A stretch of 64,000 nt of DNA from an uncultured delta proteobacterium (GTDB lineage: Bacteria; Desulfobacterota; RBG-13-43-22): assembly GCA_963802945.1 (NCBI GenBank), contig CAWDKY010000030.1, positions 96,001-160,000 of the forward strand. Direction: 5' to 3'. Below, piece by piece: positions 40,073 through 51,338 of the stretch. Numbering within the stretch: the first letter of the stretch is position 1; every line of letters begins with the position of its first letter. The position numbers were made by a program, and so were the translations under genes. The notes beneath the pieces are model-generated. The model did not search any database, was not told where the DNA came from, and worked only from the letters and a program-made list of their open reading frames with translations.

Positions 40073-40658
40073 CGTTTTTTTTCTTATGAATGACCGTCCG
40101 ATTAATTTTGCTCTCGTTTCCACCCTCAACAACCACCTGATCTTTTTTCCCCATTTCCGTCAAATAAACATTGACCCGTTCTCCAGGTTTGGCGTCAAGC
40201 CGCAAACCAAAATAATCAGCGCTGATGGGCAATTCTCGGCCCCCGCGATCAACCAGAACCGCCAGGGAAATACGACGCGGTCTTCCGAAATCGATCAAGG
40301 CATCCAGGGCCGCCCGAACCGTTCGGCCGGTATAAAGTACGTCATCCACCAAGATAATAGTTTTATCATCCAGGCAAACAGGCACTTCCGTCTTTCCGAC
40401 AATGGGCTTGTGGTTTATCCTCGTCCAGTCGTCCCGATAAAGAGTTATATCCAAAGCCCCAGTGGAAACAGCTGTCCCTTTTTGGGCCTGGATAAGCTTT
40501 TGGATTCGATCGGCCAGAAAAGCCCCGCCGGTCCGGATACCGATCAACACCAATCGTTCCGTCTCCGGAGAATCGATAACCATTTGGGCCGCCATTCGAA
40601 TCAGGGCCTCCTGAATTCCTTTGGCGTTCAGCGCAATTCTCTTCTTGCTCCCTTTCAT
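40020..40658 (-). CDS. pyrR: Bifunctional pyr operon regulator / uracil phosphoribosyltransferase
   Basis: GIRTGG, LDITLYRDD, LVDDVLYTGRTVRAA, LVDRGGRELPI. Confidence 0.92.
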   Translation of the reverse strand: MKGSKKRIALNAKGIQEALIRMAAQMVIDSPETERLVLIGIRTGGAFLADRIQKLIQAQKGTAVSTGALDITLYRDDWTRINHKPIVGKTEVPVCLDDKTIILVDDVLYTGRTVRAALDALIDFGRPRRISLAVLVDRGGRELPISADYFGLRLDAKPGERVNVYLTEMGKKDQVVVEGGNESKINRTVIHKKKNEGHKAYSSKFKVQSSKY

Positions 40659-40948
40659 TCCATTCACCAATCCAAAAAATATAATAAAAAGAGATTTTTA
40701 TCACAGGCCCTTAAAAAAGGTCAAGTAAAATATGGATGTTTTTCATCTTTTCGCTAATTCCCTTGACGATCAGGCAATAAATATTTAGACTTGACGTTAC
40801 AAAGTCAAAGATAATGGTAACAGGGTAAAGGTGTTGGGTTCCCTTGAACCTGAGACCTTAAAGCTTGTACCTCTTCTCATTCTCTTGATCTCTGGAATTC
40901 TACTGTCCTATTACTAAAAAAGGCTTTGTTATCGCTTAGATACAGACT

Positions 40949-43389
40949 ATGGCTTTTCAAGATATTGATTTTGAAACGGAAAAGATTATCGGGGAGCCTT
41001 TTAAGGACTTGGCCCTGCCTTCGGTCCTTCCCTTGATTCCTGTCAGGGACGTGGTTGTTTTTTCCAACATCATCCTGCCCTTGCTGGTAAACAGAGAGGG
41101 TTCCATCCTGGCCGTGGAGAAAGCCGTGGCCCAGGACCGCTTGGTTCTTTTAACAGCCCAAAAAGACACCCTTACCGAAGATCCGAAATCCGAGGACCTC
41201 TATTCTATTGGTACAGCAGCCATCATCCTGAGGACTTTGAAACTTATGGATGGAAGTTTGAAAATCCTGGTTCAGGGTATTACCAGGGTTAGGGTCCTGG
41301 AATATTTGGAATTACGTCCATTCATCCAGGTCCGATTCGAACCGCTATCGGATCAAGTCACACCCGGCAGTCAGGTTGAAACCGAAGCCTTGATGCGCAA
41401 TGTCCGGGAGCAGAGTGAAAAGATCCTCTCTTTGAAGAACATGCTTTCCGCAGACGTCACCGCCATTTTGAACAGCATTGAAGATCCGGGGCAATTGGCC
41501 GATCTGGTCGCTTCGAATTTGAGATTGAAGATAGAAGCTTTCCAGGAAATTTTGGAGCTGTCCGATCCCCTGGCCCGGCTTCAAAGGATCAATGAATATT
41601 TGACCAAGGAACTGGAGGTTTCTACCGTGCAGGCCCGTATCCAGTCCGAAGCTAAAGAGGAGATGGGTAAAGGCCAGAGGGAATATTACCTTCGTGAGCA
41701 GCTTCGGGCTATACGCCGGGAATTAGGGGACTACGAAGAAAAAACAGTTGAATTAAAAGAATATAAAACCAAGCTCGACGGGATGCGGATGCCCAAGGAG
41801 GCCAAGGAAGAAGCCTTAAAACAGGTCGCCCGTCTGGAGCAGATGCACCCTGATTCGGCCGAAACCTCCATCATCCGGACTTATGTGGACTGGATTATTT
41901 CCTTGCCCTGGGACAAAAAAACCAGGGAAAAGATCAAGGTTAAAGAAGCCCAAAAGATCCTGGATGAGGATCACTATGACTTAATAAAGGTCAAAGAGCG
42001 GATATTGGAATTCTTAAGTGTCCGAAAATTGAATCCCAAGATGAAAGGCCCTATCCTGTGCTTCGTCGGGCCTCCGGGAGTAGGAAAAACCTCTCTGGGA
42101 AGGTCCATTGCCCGGGCCTTGGGCAGGAAATTCATTCGTATCTCTCTTGGGGGGGTCCGGGATGAAGCTGAAATTCGAGGTCACCGTCGGACTTACATCG
42201 GGGCCTTGCCAGGAAGAATCCTCCAGGGACTCAAACAGGTGGGCACCAATAACCCGGTATTCATGATGGATGAAGTGGACAAAATCGGTTCGGATTTCCG
42301 GGGGAATCCTGCGGCCGCCTTATTGGAAGTATTGGACCCCGAGCAAAACTTTTCTTTCAGCGACCATTATCTGAATATCCCCTTTGATCTTTCTTCGGTG
42401 ATGTTTATCACCACAGCCAATTCCGTCGACCCTATCCCTTCGGCCCTAAAAGACCGGATGGAAATTATTGAAATAAATGGTTACACCGATGAAGAAAAAT
42501 TAAAAATCGTTCTGGTTTATTTACTCCCCAGGCAACTGAGGGAAAACGGCCTGAAACCTGGGCAACTGAAAATCAGTCGGGATACTATCTTAACCATTAT
42601 CAATGAATATACGGACGAATCCGGACTTCGCAATTTAGAAAAAGAATTGGGCACCATCTGCCGCAAAATCGCCCGGCGGATAGCCGAAGGTGAGAAAAGG
42701 AGCTTTCACGGTTTTCAAAGGAAACCTGCACCGATTTCTAGGCCCACCTCCTTATCTGCCCGATGAAGTCCGGAATCTCCATGAGGTAGGTGTGGCCACG
42801 GGACTCGCCTGGACCCAAACCGGCGGAGAAGTGCTCTATGTGGAAACCATGATCTTGAAAGGAAAGGGGAGCTTAACCTTGACCGGTCAGCTCGGTGAGG
42901 TGATGAAAGAATCGGCCCAAGCGGCCTTGAGTTATGCCCGATCACGATCTGAACGGTTTCATCTCAAGGGTAATTTTTATGAACATATGGACATTCACAT
43001 CCATGTCCCGGCCGGAGCCATCCCTAAGGAAGGCCCTTCGGCCGGCGTTACCCTGGTGACTTCTTTGATCTCCGCCTTGACCAAGATACCGGTCAATAAG
43101 GATATGGCCATGACCGGTGAAATCACCCTTAGGGGCAAAGTCCTGCCCATCGGCGGGACTTAAGGAAAAAACCCTGGCGGCCATCCGGTCCAAGATAAAA
43201 ACCTTGATCATCCCGGAGCAAAACAAAAGGGATTTAATGGAAATCCCCAGATCGGTCCGCCGCAGAATCCAGTTTGTCTTGGTCAAGGATATCGATGAAG
43301 TGGTTGATCTGGCCTTGATGGCCCCAAAACCCAAGGTCAAAAAACTTTTATTGACACAGGAAGATCATTTAAAAGATAAATTTCGGTGA
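40949..43389 (+). CDS. lon: ATP-dependent protease La, two frameshifts (~42698, ~43157)
   Basis: [37 protein letters not shown] across three ORFs. Confidence 0.93.
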
Positions 43390-43475
43390 AGATGCGTTCA
43401 GGAATTGAAGAATCCAAAAAATAATAACTTAGTCACTTCGTTACTTGTCACTCTTCATTTTTTAAGGGCTATTCT

Positions 43476-44663
43476 ATGAAGATCGCTTATTTCGACTGTT
43501 TCTCCGGTATCAGTGGGGACATGATCCTGGGTGCCTTTTTGGACCTTGGCCTTCCCCGAAAACTCCTGCGACAAACCTTGAGCCAATTACCTCTGCCTGA
43601 ACTCCAGTTAATCATAAAACGGGAAGAACGTTTTCACCTAACCGGACAGACCCTGGTCGTTAAAGGGAAAAAGGACCATCCTATTGTCAGGACTTATAAG
43701 ACGATCAAACACCTAATTGAAAAAAGCAAAATAGAAAATCCCATCAAAGAAAACAGCCTGGCGATTTTAAAGCGTTTGGCCCAGGCAGAAGGAAAAATCC
43801 ATGGAATAGAAATAGAGGATGTGCATTTTCATGAGATCGGCGCCCTGGATACGGTGGTGGATATTGTCGGGGCGGCGCTGGCCGTTCATTATTTCCTCAT
43901 TGAGGAGATCATTTCCTCTCCCCTTCCTTTGGCTCAAGGGTGGATTCAAGGGGGCCATGGTCTCCTGCCTCTACCAGCTCCGGCAACCCTGGCCCTGCTC
44001 AAAGAGGCGAGGGTGATCCCCTCGAATACGGACAAAGAATTGGTCACCCCAACCGGGGCAGCTATCCTGACCCATTACGCTCGGTCCTACGGACCTCCTC
44101 CGGCCATGGTCTTAAAAGGTTTGGGCTACGGCCTAGGACAAAGGCATCTACCGGATCGTCCCAATGCTTTGCGCGTCTGGCTGGGAGAAAAACCTTCCAA
44201 CCTAAACCATGAGAAACTGATCGTCCTGGAAACCAATATCGACGACATGAATCCCCAATGGTACGATCCTTTGATGGAGCACCTCTTTGAAGCCGGGGCC
44301 TTGGATTGTCTCTTGATCCCCTGCCAGATGAAAAAAAACCGTCCTGCTGTTTTGATCCAGGTCTTATCCAAACCGGAAACCCAAACCCGATTGCAGGGTA
44401 TACTTTTGCAGGATACCACTACCCTGGGAGTCCGGGCCTATGAGGTGGACCGCCTGTCTTTGCCCCGGACCGTTCAAACCATAAAAACCCCCTGGGGACC
44501 TATACGGATCAAAAAATGGACCCGGCCCGGTCAGGCCAATAAACGGAAAGAAGATTTTTCCATTGAATATGACGATCTTAAAAAAATATCCCAAAATCGG
44601 AAGGAATCCATAAAAGAAGTGGATACCAAGGTTCGTAACTGGATTTTGAAGAAAAATTTATAA
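43476..44663 (+). CDS. larC: Nickel pincer cofactor biosynthesis protein LarC
   Basis: YFDCFSGISGDMILGA, VHFHEIGALD, ELVTPTGAA, ETNIDD, MKKNRP. Confidence 0.92.
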   Translation: MKIAYFDCFSGISGDMILGAFLDLGLPRKLLRQTLSQLPLPELQLIIKREERFHLTGQTLVVKGKKDHPIVRTYKTIKHLIEKSKIENPIKENSLAILKRLAQAEGKIHGIEIEDVHFHEIGALDTVVDIVGAALAVHYFLIEEIISSPLPLAQGWIQGGHGLLPLPAPATLALLKEARVIPSNTDKELVTPTGAAILTHYARSYGPPPAMVLKGLGYGLGQRHLPDRPNALRVWLGEKPSNLNHEKLIVLETNIDDMNPQWYDPLMEHLFEAGALDCLLIPCQMKKNRPAVLIQVLSKPETQTRLQGILLQDTTTLGVRAYEVDRLSLPRTVQTIKTPWGPIRIKKWTRPGQANKRKEDFSIEYDDLKKISQNRKESIKEVDTKVRNWILKKNL

Positions 44664-44751
44664 TCAGCTCTGTAGATTTTAAAGAGCCTCGGGATTCAGG
44701 AAAAAATTTTAACTAAGGAAATTAAGAAATAAAAATAGAGGAGGACGTTCA

Positions 44752-45189
44752 ATGGGAGCTACTCTTGAAGCCAAGATCAAACTGATCAACGATCAGATCA
44801 AGTTTTCGTGCACGGCCAAGGACAATCCTGAAATTGTTGCCGACTATATTCCGCCTCTCGGAAACAATGAAGGGTATATGCCTTTGGAGCTGTTCTTAAT
44901 CAGTCTGGGCGCCTGCACCAGCGGAACCATACTGCCGCTTTTAAGAAGGATGAGAAAGACCGTCAATGGATTTGAAATGAAAATTGAAGGAACCCGTAGA
45001 GACCAACACCCGACCTCTTTCAGTCGAATCATGATGGACATACAGATTCAATCCGATGATATAGAAAATAATGATCTTGAAAAAGCCTTAAAACTGGCGG
45101 AAGAAACGTATTGCCCGGTATGGGCGATGATCAAAAATAATGTGATGGTTGAGACAAAGTATAAAATCATAAAAAATAAGGACCTCTAA
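44752..45189 (+). CDS. OsmC family protein
   Basis: PLELFLISLGAC ... YCPV two-Cys motif; RBS gaggagg. Confidence 0.88.
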   Translation: MGATLEAKIKLINDQIKFSCTAKDNPEIVADYIPPLGNNEGYMPLELFLISLGACTSGTILPLLRRMRKTVNGFEMKIEGTRRDQHPTSFSRIMMDIQIQSDDIENNDLEKALKLAEETYCPVWAMIKNNVMVETKYKIIKNKDL

Positions 45190-45601
45190 TCTCAACCACT
45201 ATGAATTTGTAATTTAGAACTAACACCCCCCTTGTCCAACAGGTTCCCCAGGGCCTTTTGTTAGACGATGTTCATCTCGTTCCTGTAGCTTCTTCACTCC
45301 TAGGCGTAAGGCACGTGCGACCACTATGGCAACTAACAGGAATAACGGGGCATAAAAGAGAGCACCAACAAGTGTTTCAAGTTTAACGAATTCTGTTCAC
45401 CCAAAAATCTTGTTGATAATTGTCATCGCTCTCGTCCAGAAATTTAATCTTGGAATATTATTACCCATCGAGATGAGTCTTTGGACTCTGACGACGGGTC
45501 TCGTTTGGCATCAGGACTTCACCTAGCTTGCTTGGCATTCATCATATCTATTCTCTACTGTAGTGGAATACATGTATCCCGCAGCTACAGAAAAAGAAGG
45601 A

Positions 45602-45935
45602 TTATTTATAATCCTTAGCGAAACGAAAAGTCTCTTCTCTATATTCTTGTTTATAAATCTTGGCATCAATCCGATCTTTAATCAAGGCGGTCAACATCTT
45701 GGCGGACGATTTCAGATTTCCGGTTTTAACCGTTACTTCTATTTTTTTGCCGTCACGAAGAATGGTCACTTTTACATCATGACCGATCGGGGTATTAGCT
45801 ACTTCATTCCGAAGGGCACTGGGGTCGTTAATCTCTATGCCGCGAAAATTAATGATCACATCGTTCTTTTTCAACCCGGCTTTGTCTGCTGGACCTCCTT
45901 TAATCACTTCAGCAATCAGGGCACCCTTACTCTTA
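45602..45935 (-). pseudogene. Isolated PDZ domain, DegP/HtrA remnant
   Basis: GALIAEVIKGGPADKAGLKKNDVIINFRG..VTILRDGK; no protease domain or signal peptide. Confidence 0.65.
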
Positions 45936-45999
45936 AATGATAACGAACAAAGTAGAACAAATTTACCTCCTTTAAGAATAAAATAAAAATTGAAGCATC

Positions 46000-47373
46000 T
46001 TATTTATTACCGGGTGTCTCCAGGCCCGCTTCCTTCAGATTTCCCACGACAACCCGTATAGTCGGATCCGGCTGGAGGTATTTCCGGGCTACCCGAAGCA
46101 CATCTTCCCGGCTGACCCTTTTGATGAGAGCCGGATATTTCTCCGCATAATCCAAGCCGAGATCGTAATATTCGATCTGGGTTAGAAAACTGGCCAGTTT
46201 CCCCTGCGTATCAAACCGCAAAGGAAAACTGCCCACCAGGTAGTTTTGAGCCCTCCGAAGGGCTTCCTCCGAGACCGGCTCTTGGCGGATCGTCTCTATT
46301 TGCTTTAGGGCCAGGGAGATCGCTTCCTTGGCCGAGGCATTTTTCGTCTGCAGGACCAACTGAAAAGACCCAGAGTATTTCCTGGCATCGAAAAAGCTGC
46401 TGACCGAATAGGCCAGTCCTCTTTTGATTCGGATTTCATCCATCAGTCGCGACCCGAAGCCGCCGCCACCCAGAATGTAATTCATGACGGTCAGGGCGTA
46501 GAAATCAGGGTTGGCTCGTTCTACCCCGATACCTCCGATGATGATATTGGCCTGGGTGATATCGCGATTAATCCTCACTGTTTCAGGTCCTTTGGCAAAG
46601 GCAGGATTGAAATGCGGTTTGGCCGTCTCGCCTATTGGCCAGTTCGAAAGCAGTGGGGCGAGTCTTGTCTTTACTTCTTCCAAGGTGATGTCTCCCACTA
46701 CGGCAAGAATAGCATTATTTGGATGATAATGGGTCCGATAAAATTGGGTGACATCCTGGCCGCTGAGCGTTGCGACCGACTCTTTCGATCCTTCCTCAGG
46801 GTGGCCGTAAGGGCCGTTCGGGAAAAGGGCCTTATCAAAGGCCTGTTCGGCAACCTCCATAGGTTCCTCTTCGGCAGACTGGATGGCGCCGAGAATTTTT
46901 TTAACTTCCTTTTGTAACTCATCCTCGGGAAAAGTGGAAGCGGTGAGCGCATCCAGGAAAAGGCCAAAGCCCTTCTCCAAGTCTTTTTTTAAGACTTGGA
47001 AGCTGATGGAGGCATTATCCTTGCCTATCAAAACATCCATCCCAGCTCCTATAAAATCAAGTGTTTCGTTGATGTCGACAGCACTTCGCTTTGAAGTTCC
47101 AAGCATTAATCCTTGGGCGGTCAGATTGGCCAAGCCTTCTTTACCCGCAGGGTCCAGTCGCGAGCCCGCTTCGATGGTCGCTTGAATGGTAACAAAGGGG
47201 AGCGAATGTTCTTCGGCCAGAAGCAGTACAAGTTTATTGGGAAGAGTTATTCGCTGAATAGGAGGCATCGCCGCCAAATCGGGGACAAACCAGGGGAGTA
47301 GAAGCAAAAACCCAACAAGAAGGGCAGCGGTTGAACCAAACTTGATCATTCTTAATTTCAAAGTTCTCCTCAT
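46000..47373 (-). CDS. M16B peptidase-like, non-catalytic subunit
   Basis: No HXXEH (NLTAQ instead); ILGGGGFGSRLMDEIRIKRGLAY. Confidence 0.88.
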   Translation of the reverse strand: MRRTLKLRMIKFGSTAALLVGFLLLLPWFVPDLAAMPPIQRITLPNKLVLLLAEEHSLPFVTIQATIEAGSRLDPAGKEGLANLTAQGLMLGTSKRSAVDINETLDFIGAGMDVLIGKDNASISFQVLKKDLEKGFGLFLDALTASTFPEDELQKEVKKILGAIQSAEEEPMEVAEQAFDKALFPNGPYGHPEEGSKESVATLSGQDVTQFYRTHYHPNNAILAVVGDITLEEVKTRLAPLLSNWPIGETAKPHFNPAFAKGPETVRINRDITQANIIIGGIGVERANPDFYALTVMNYILGGGGFGSRLMDEIRIKRGLAYSVSSFFDARKYSGSFQLVLQTKNASAKEAISLALKQIETIRQEPVSEEALRRAQNYLVGSFPLRFDTQGKLASFLTQIEYYDLGLDYAEKYPALIKRVSREDVLRVARKYLQPDPTIRVVVGNLKEAGLETPGNK

Positions 47374-48762
47374 CTGATGATACGCTCTCTACCTGAAGGG
47401 GCGATTTTCTCGGGTTGGCCTTCCTTCGGAGGCAGAGGAACGAGAATGCCAACCGTTCGGTTCCGAGGATGAAAATATTTATTGGCAACACGCCGGATAT
47501 CTTCGGCCGTCACTTTTTGGATCGAAGGAAAATAATCATCAATCGTCCGCCAACCGGTAGTGATTTCATACTGGGCCAAGAGCATGGCTTGGGCAAAAAG
47601 GGAATCCTGCTGGTAAACGAAAGCGGCTTCCAGTTGATTTTTAGCTTTCTCCAATTCTTTATCTCCAACAAGTTCTTTTTGAAGATGCTCAATTTCCAGG
47701 TTCAGCGTTTTCTCCAGTTCACTGAAGTCCTGGCCCGGTAAAGGCTGAGCTGAAATGGAAAAAAGATTTGGATCTTTGGAGAGAAAAGTATTGTCGGCAT
47801 CGACACTCAGGGCCAATTGCCTTTCCCGGACAAGGTTCTGGTAGAGCCTGGAGCTCTTGCCTCCGGCCAGGATGGCGGCTGTGACCTCCAGTACATAGCC
47901 ATCAGGATTCGAGATGTTTGGGACATGATATCCCATGACGATAAAAGGAAGTTGCGCCTCCTTGGTTACGTAGATTTTTCGCTCACCGCTCTGAGGAGGG
48001 TCGACGCCTTTTTTCTGATCGGGAATGGGGCCTTTGGGGTTTGGTCCAAAAGCCTTTTCAATACGAGGAAGGATTTCTTCTTTTCGGAAATCCCCCACCA
48101 CCACGAGAAAGGCATTGGCTGGGTTATAATAGGTTCGATAATACGATTTCAGGTCTTCCAAAGTAAAATGCTCTATATCCTCGTACCAGCCGATGGTCGG
48201 CCAGTGGTAGGGGGAAGCCTGAAAAGCCGTGGCCTCTACCTGTTCATCGAGATAAGACTGGGGGCTGTCCTCGGTACGCATCCGCCGTTCTTCCATTACG
48301 ACCATTCGTTCCGTCCGGAAGTCTTCCTCTCTGAGGACAAGGTTACTCATCCGGTCCGACTCCAAATCGATGGGTACCTGAACCTGATCAGCACTGATGT
48401 TTTCATAGTAGGCCGTGAAATCCTTGGAGGTAAAAGCGTTTTCGTTGCCGCCTTTTTCCTCGATGAGCCGAGAAAACGCCTCCCCGCTTACTTTCTGTGT
48501 TCCCTTTGAACATCATGTGTTCCAGCATATGGGACAAGCCGGTCTTTCCCCATTCTTCGTTTCTTGAACCCACACGATACCAGACCTGGAAGGAGACTTC
48601 AGGAGCTTTATGGTTTTCCAGAAGGATTACCTTCAGGCCGTTAGGCAAAACGGTCTCAAAGACTTTGTTGGCCAGTGCGGCTTGAGAAGCCTCAACGAAG
48701 ATGAGAGAGAGGAACAACCAAAGCGGTATTATGGCCCATCCGGATGACTTGTAAGTTGCCAA
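47370..48762 (-). CDS. M16B zinc peptidase, catalytic subunit, frameshift near 48500
   Basis: WYRVGSRNE..GLSHMLEHMMFKG (HXXEH), ESDRM, VVMEERRMR. Confidence 0.88.
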
Positions 48763-49042
48763 TCGTTAGCTCCTGGTGATTTCAGCATAATACTTAATTT
48801 AATAAGACCGAAAGCGCCTAAAGTAAATAGCCGGTCATGATTATTTCTTTTATTCCATTGGAGGGAATAGGGTCCCTTTCATAATTTTATTCGTAGATTA
48901 CCACCTTAGCTGAAAACAAGCCCAACTAAGCGAAACTAACTACGCAACAAATCCCACTTCCTTATGAAACCTTCGTGGACCAAGTTCAGACCCTGGGCAT
49001 CTCGCTGTCATGATGTTCGCCAACCATGAGATTGCAAACTCT

Positions 49043-49932
49043 TTAGTTTTTAGGTTTGCCGCTCAACCCGTAATAGACTTCCACTCGAGCATTTTCCATT
49101 GCTTTATCAACAAACTCAGTGACTGCGGTCTTTCTCATTTCTTGCAGGGCCTGATCTTTCACTTTGTCTTTGATGTTCTCATAAAGTTCGAGGTGGGCGT
49201 CCTTTTTTTCTTCCATTTTAAGAAGGTGATAACCATATTCTGTTTCAACTACTCCGCTGACCTCTCCCGGTTTAAGAGAAAAAACCAATTCTTCAAGAGC
49301 GGAGACCATGGTCCCTTTTGGAAAAAACTAAGATCGCCCCCTTTGTCTTTGGTCCCTAGATCATCGGATACCTCAGAAGCCAATTTAGAGAAATCTTCGC
49401 CCTTTTTTATTTTAGTAAGAACCTCTTCCGCTTTTGCCTTGGCTTTTTTCTTCTCCTCATCTGTGGCTGCGGTTTCGACTTTAATTAAAATATGTCTGAC
49501 CCGGATCATCTCCGGGGTTTTGAAGACTTCGAGATGATCCTGGTAATAGGAACGGAGCTTATCATCATTAATGGTTATTTTATCAACGATTTCTTTTTTC
49601 AAGTACATACCAGCCAGAAAATTATTATCCATCATTTCCTGTTGATTTCTAATGTCAGGATTTTTATCAAAGCCTTTTTTTTTGGCGATGCTGGCGACAA
49701 CCGTACTTCTGACAATCTGCCAGAGGATGTTTTCCTTGATCTGAGGATTTTTATCAATATCTTTCTGATGTTCCGGATCAAAAGAACTGATAACTTTGTT
49801 AAGGTCGGTCATGGTTATGGTCTTGTTTCCAATTTTAGCCAGAACTTCCTTATCTTAGGCCAGGAGGCCGCAGGGAGTCATAACCATTACAATGACAATG
49901 ATGGACAATACTCTAAAAAACCTTAACATCAT
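49043..49932 (-). pseudogene. PpiC/parvulin peptidyl-prolyl isomerase with in-frame TAA (49855-49857) and frameshift (~49310)
   Basis: Signal peptide MMLRFFRV..GLLA*DKEVLAKIG; VRHILIK, SDD..GGDL, GYHLLK. Confidence 0.78.
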
Positions 49933-50020
49933 GGCGCTCTCCTTTACAACACATCCCAGTTAACTTATTATATATCCCATAAAATTATTTATCAGTATTA
50001 GGCGGGGTTACAATACCCGT

Positions 50021-50926
50021 TTACAGGGATTTTAATTTTTTATGGGCCAGTTTGGCCTGCCCGGATTTAGGAAAATCCTTGATGATCTTTTCCAGAAGGA
50101 GTCGGGCACTGCCGGTATCATTCAGATTAATAAAAGACATGGCCTGTTTATACAGGGCTTCAGGGATAAATTTACTTTTAGAATAGGACTTGATCAATTT
50201 CTGATAGGTCAGAATGGCCTCTTCATACTCTTTAATCCCGTATAAGGATTCGGCCAGCCCGAATCGGACTTCTTCAAGATATTTTCCTTTTGGAGCCATC
50301 TTTAAATAGTCTTCATATTTCATTTTGGCTTCCTCATAGGCCTGTTTTTCTAACAAGGCCTCGGCTTCCTCGTAGATCTCTTCCGGCGTTAACTCGGCCT
50401 TCTCTTTCTCTTTGGCCAGCTCTTTAACTTCCTTTTGATCCTCTTCGGAATCTCGGGTTATTTCTTTGGCCTTTTCCGGTTTAGGCCCCGGTTCGGTGGG
50501 CGGTACCGGGGGGGTTGGAGAAGGAGGCATTTTTTCCAGACGTTGCAGTCGGTCTTGGAGGTCTTTCAGATCCTTGGGCAAAGACTCACTTAGCTGCGCC
50601 TGCTCCTTTTTTTGGCTGTGTTCCAAATCTTCGATACGGCCTTGAAGGATCTGAATCTGCACTTTAAGGGATTCAAACTGGATCGTGGAATCGGCTTGAC
50701 TTTGGAGGATCGGCTGAAACTGGGAATCCATTTTTTTTTCGGCTTGTTCGATCCGTTGGGAAAGCTTGGTTGTTTTTTCTTCATTCGAATCTCTAAATTG
50801 ATACAGATTCCGTTCCAAAGAAGAGGTCTCGTCGGCCAAGATAAGGACAGCTTCCTTGGTGGCACAACCCACCAGCATAATGAAAAGAAGGCCAATCCAC
50901 ATTACTAACCGACATAGGATTTTCAC
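50021..50926 (-). CDS. cpoB: Tol-Pal-associated CpoB/YbgF-like lipoprotein (coiled coil + TPR)
   Basis: Lipobox LVGC, coiled coil, TPR repeats, PEALYKQAMSF..IIKDFPKS. Confidence 0.75.
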   Translation of the reverse strand: MKILCRLVMWIGLLFIMLVGCATKEAVLILADETSSLERNLYQFRDSNEEKTTKLSQRIEQAEKKMDSQFQPILQSQADSTIQFESLKVQIQILQGRIEDLEHSQKKEQAQLSESLPKDLKDLQDRLQRLEKMPPSPTPPVPPTEPGPKPEKAKEITRDSEEDQKEVKELAKEKEKAELTPEEIYEEAEALLEKQAYEEAKMKYEDYLKMAPKGKYLEEVRFGLAESLYGIKEYEEAILTYQKLIKSYSKSKFIPEALYKQAMSFINLNDTGSARLLLEKIIKDFPKSGQAKLAHKKLKSL

Positions 50927-51338
50927 GCTTTAACCTCCCGTTCCAACGGGCAATAGGGTTCAAGGATTCAATCCCGCCATCGGCGGGACTTGAGTTCTTC
51001 GATTCCTTATCATGTTTCTCGGCCTCAGCATCAGATGGGCCTGTGGGTTAAATACGAACCCCCTTTTATTTTAATACCAAATGAGCCCGGTGATTTTTGG
51101 CCCTGCTTTTCTTATGAACATTTCAACCTGAACTCAACAGCTCACCCCATGGTCAGATGAGGCGGCTTGTAAGGTATCTCTATTAATGGTAAAGGAATGA
51201 TGGCATCTTTATTTCCCTTATTCCGGCAACCAGATTTAAAAAATTGGACCTCAGCAGGGATGACAGTAAAGTCTTTTGCATAATGACCTTAGGCAGTTAT
51301 TTATTAAAAGTTAACCCTGCTTTGTTAACGGAAAAATA

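Noticed and set aside
40065-40757. Long antisense ORFs (e.g. 230 aa opposite pyrR, 230 aa at 47817-48509, 176 aa at 770-1300)
   Set aside because: Shadow frames of well-supported genes on the opposite strand, with no recognisable motifs.
39930-40940. PyrR-binding attenuator near pyrR
   Set aside because: No AGUCCAGAGAG-type binding loop found, and no pyr biosynthetic genes follow.
42690-43389. Programmed frameshifting or a naturally split Lon
   Set aside because: No slippery heptamer with a stimulatory structure; indels of this kind are widespread in the window and better explained by sequencing error.
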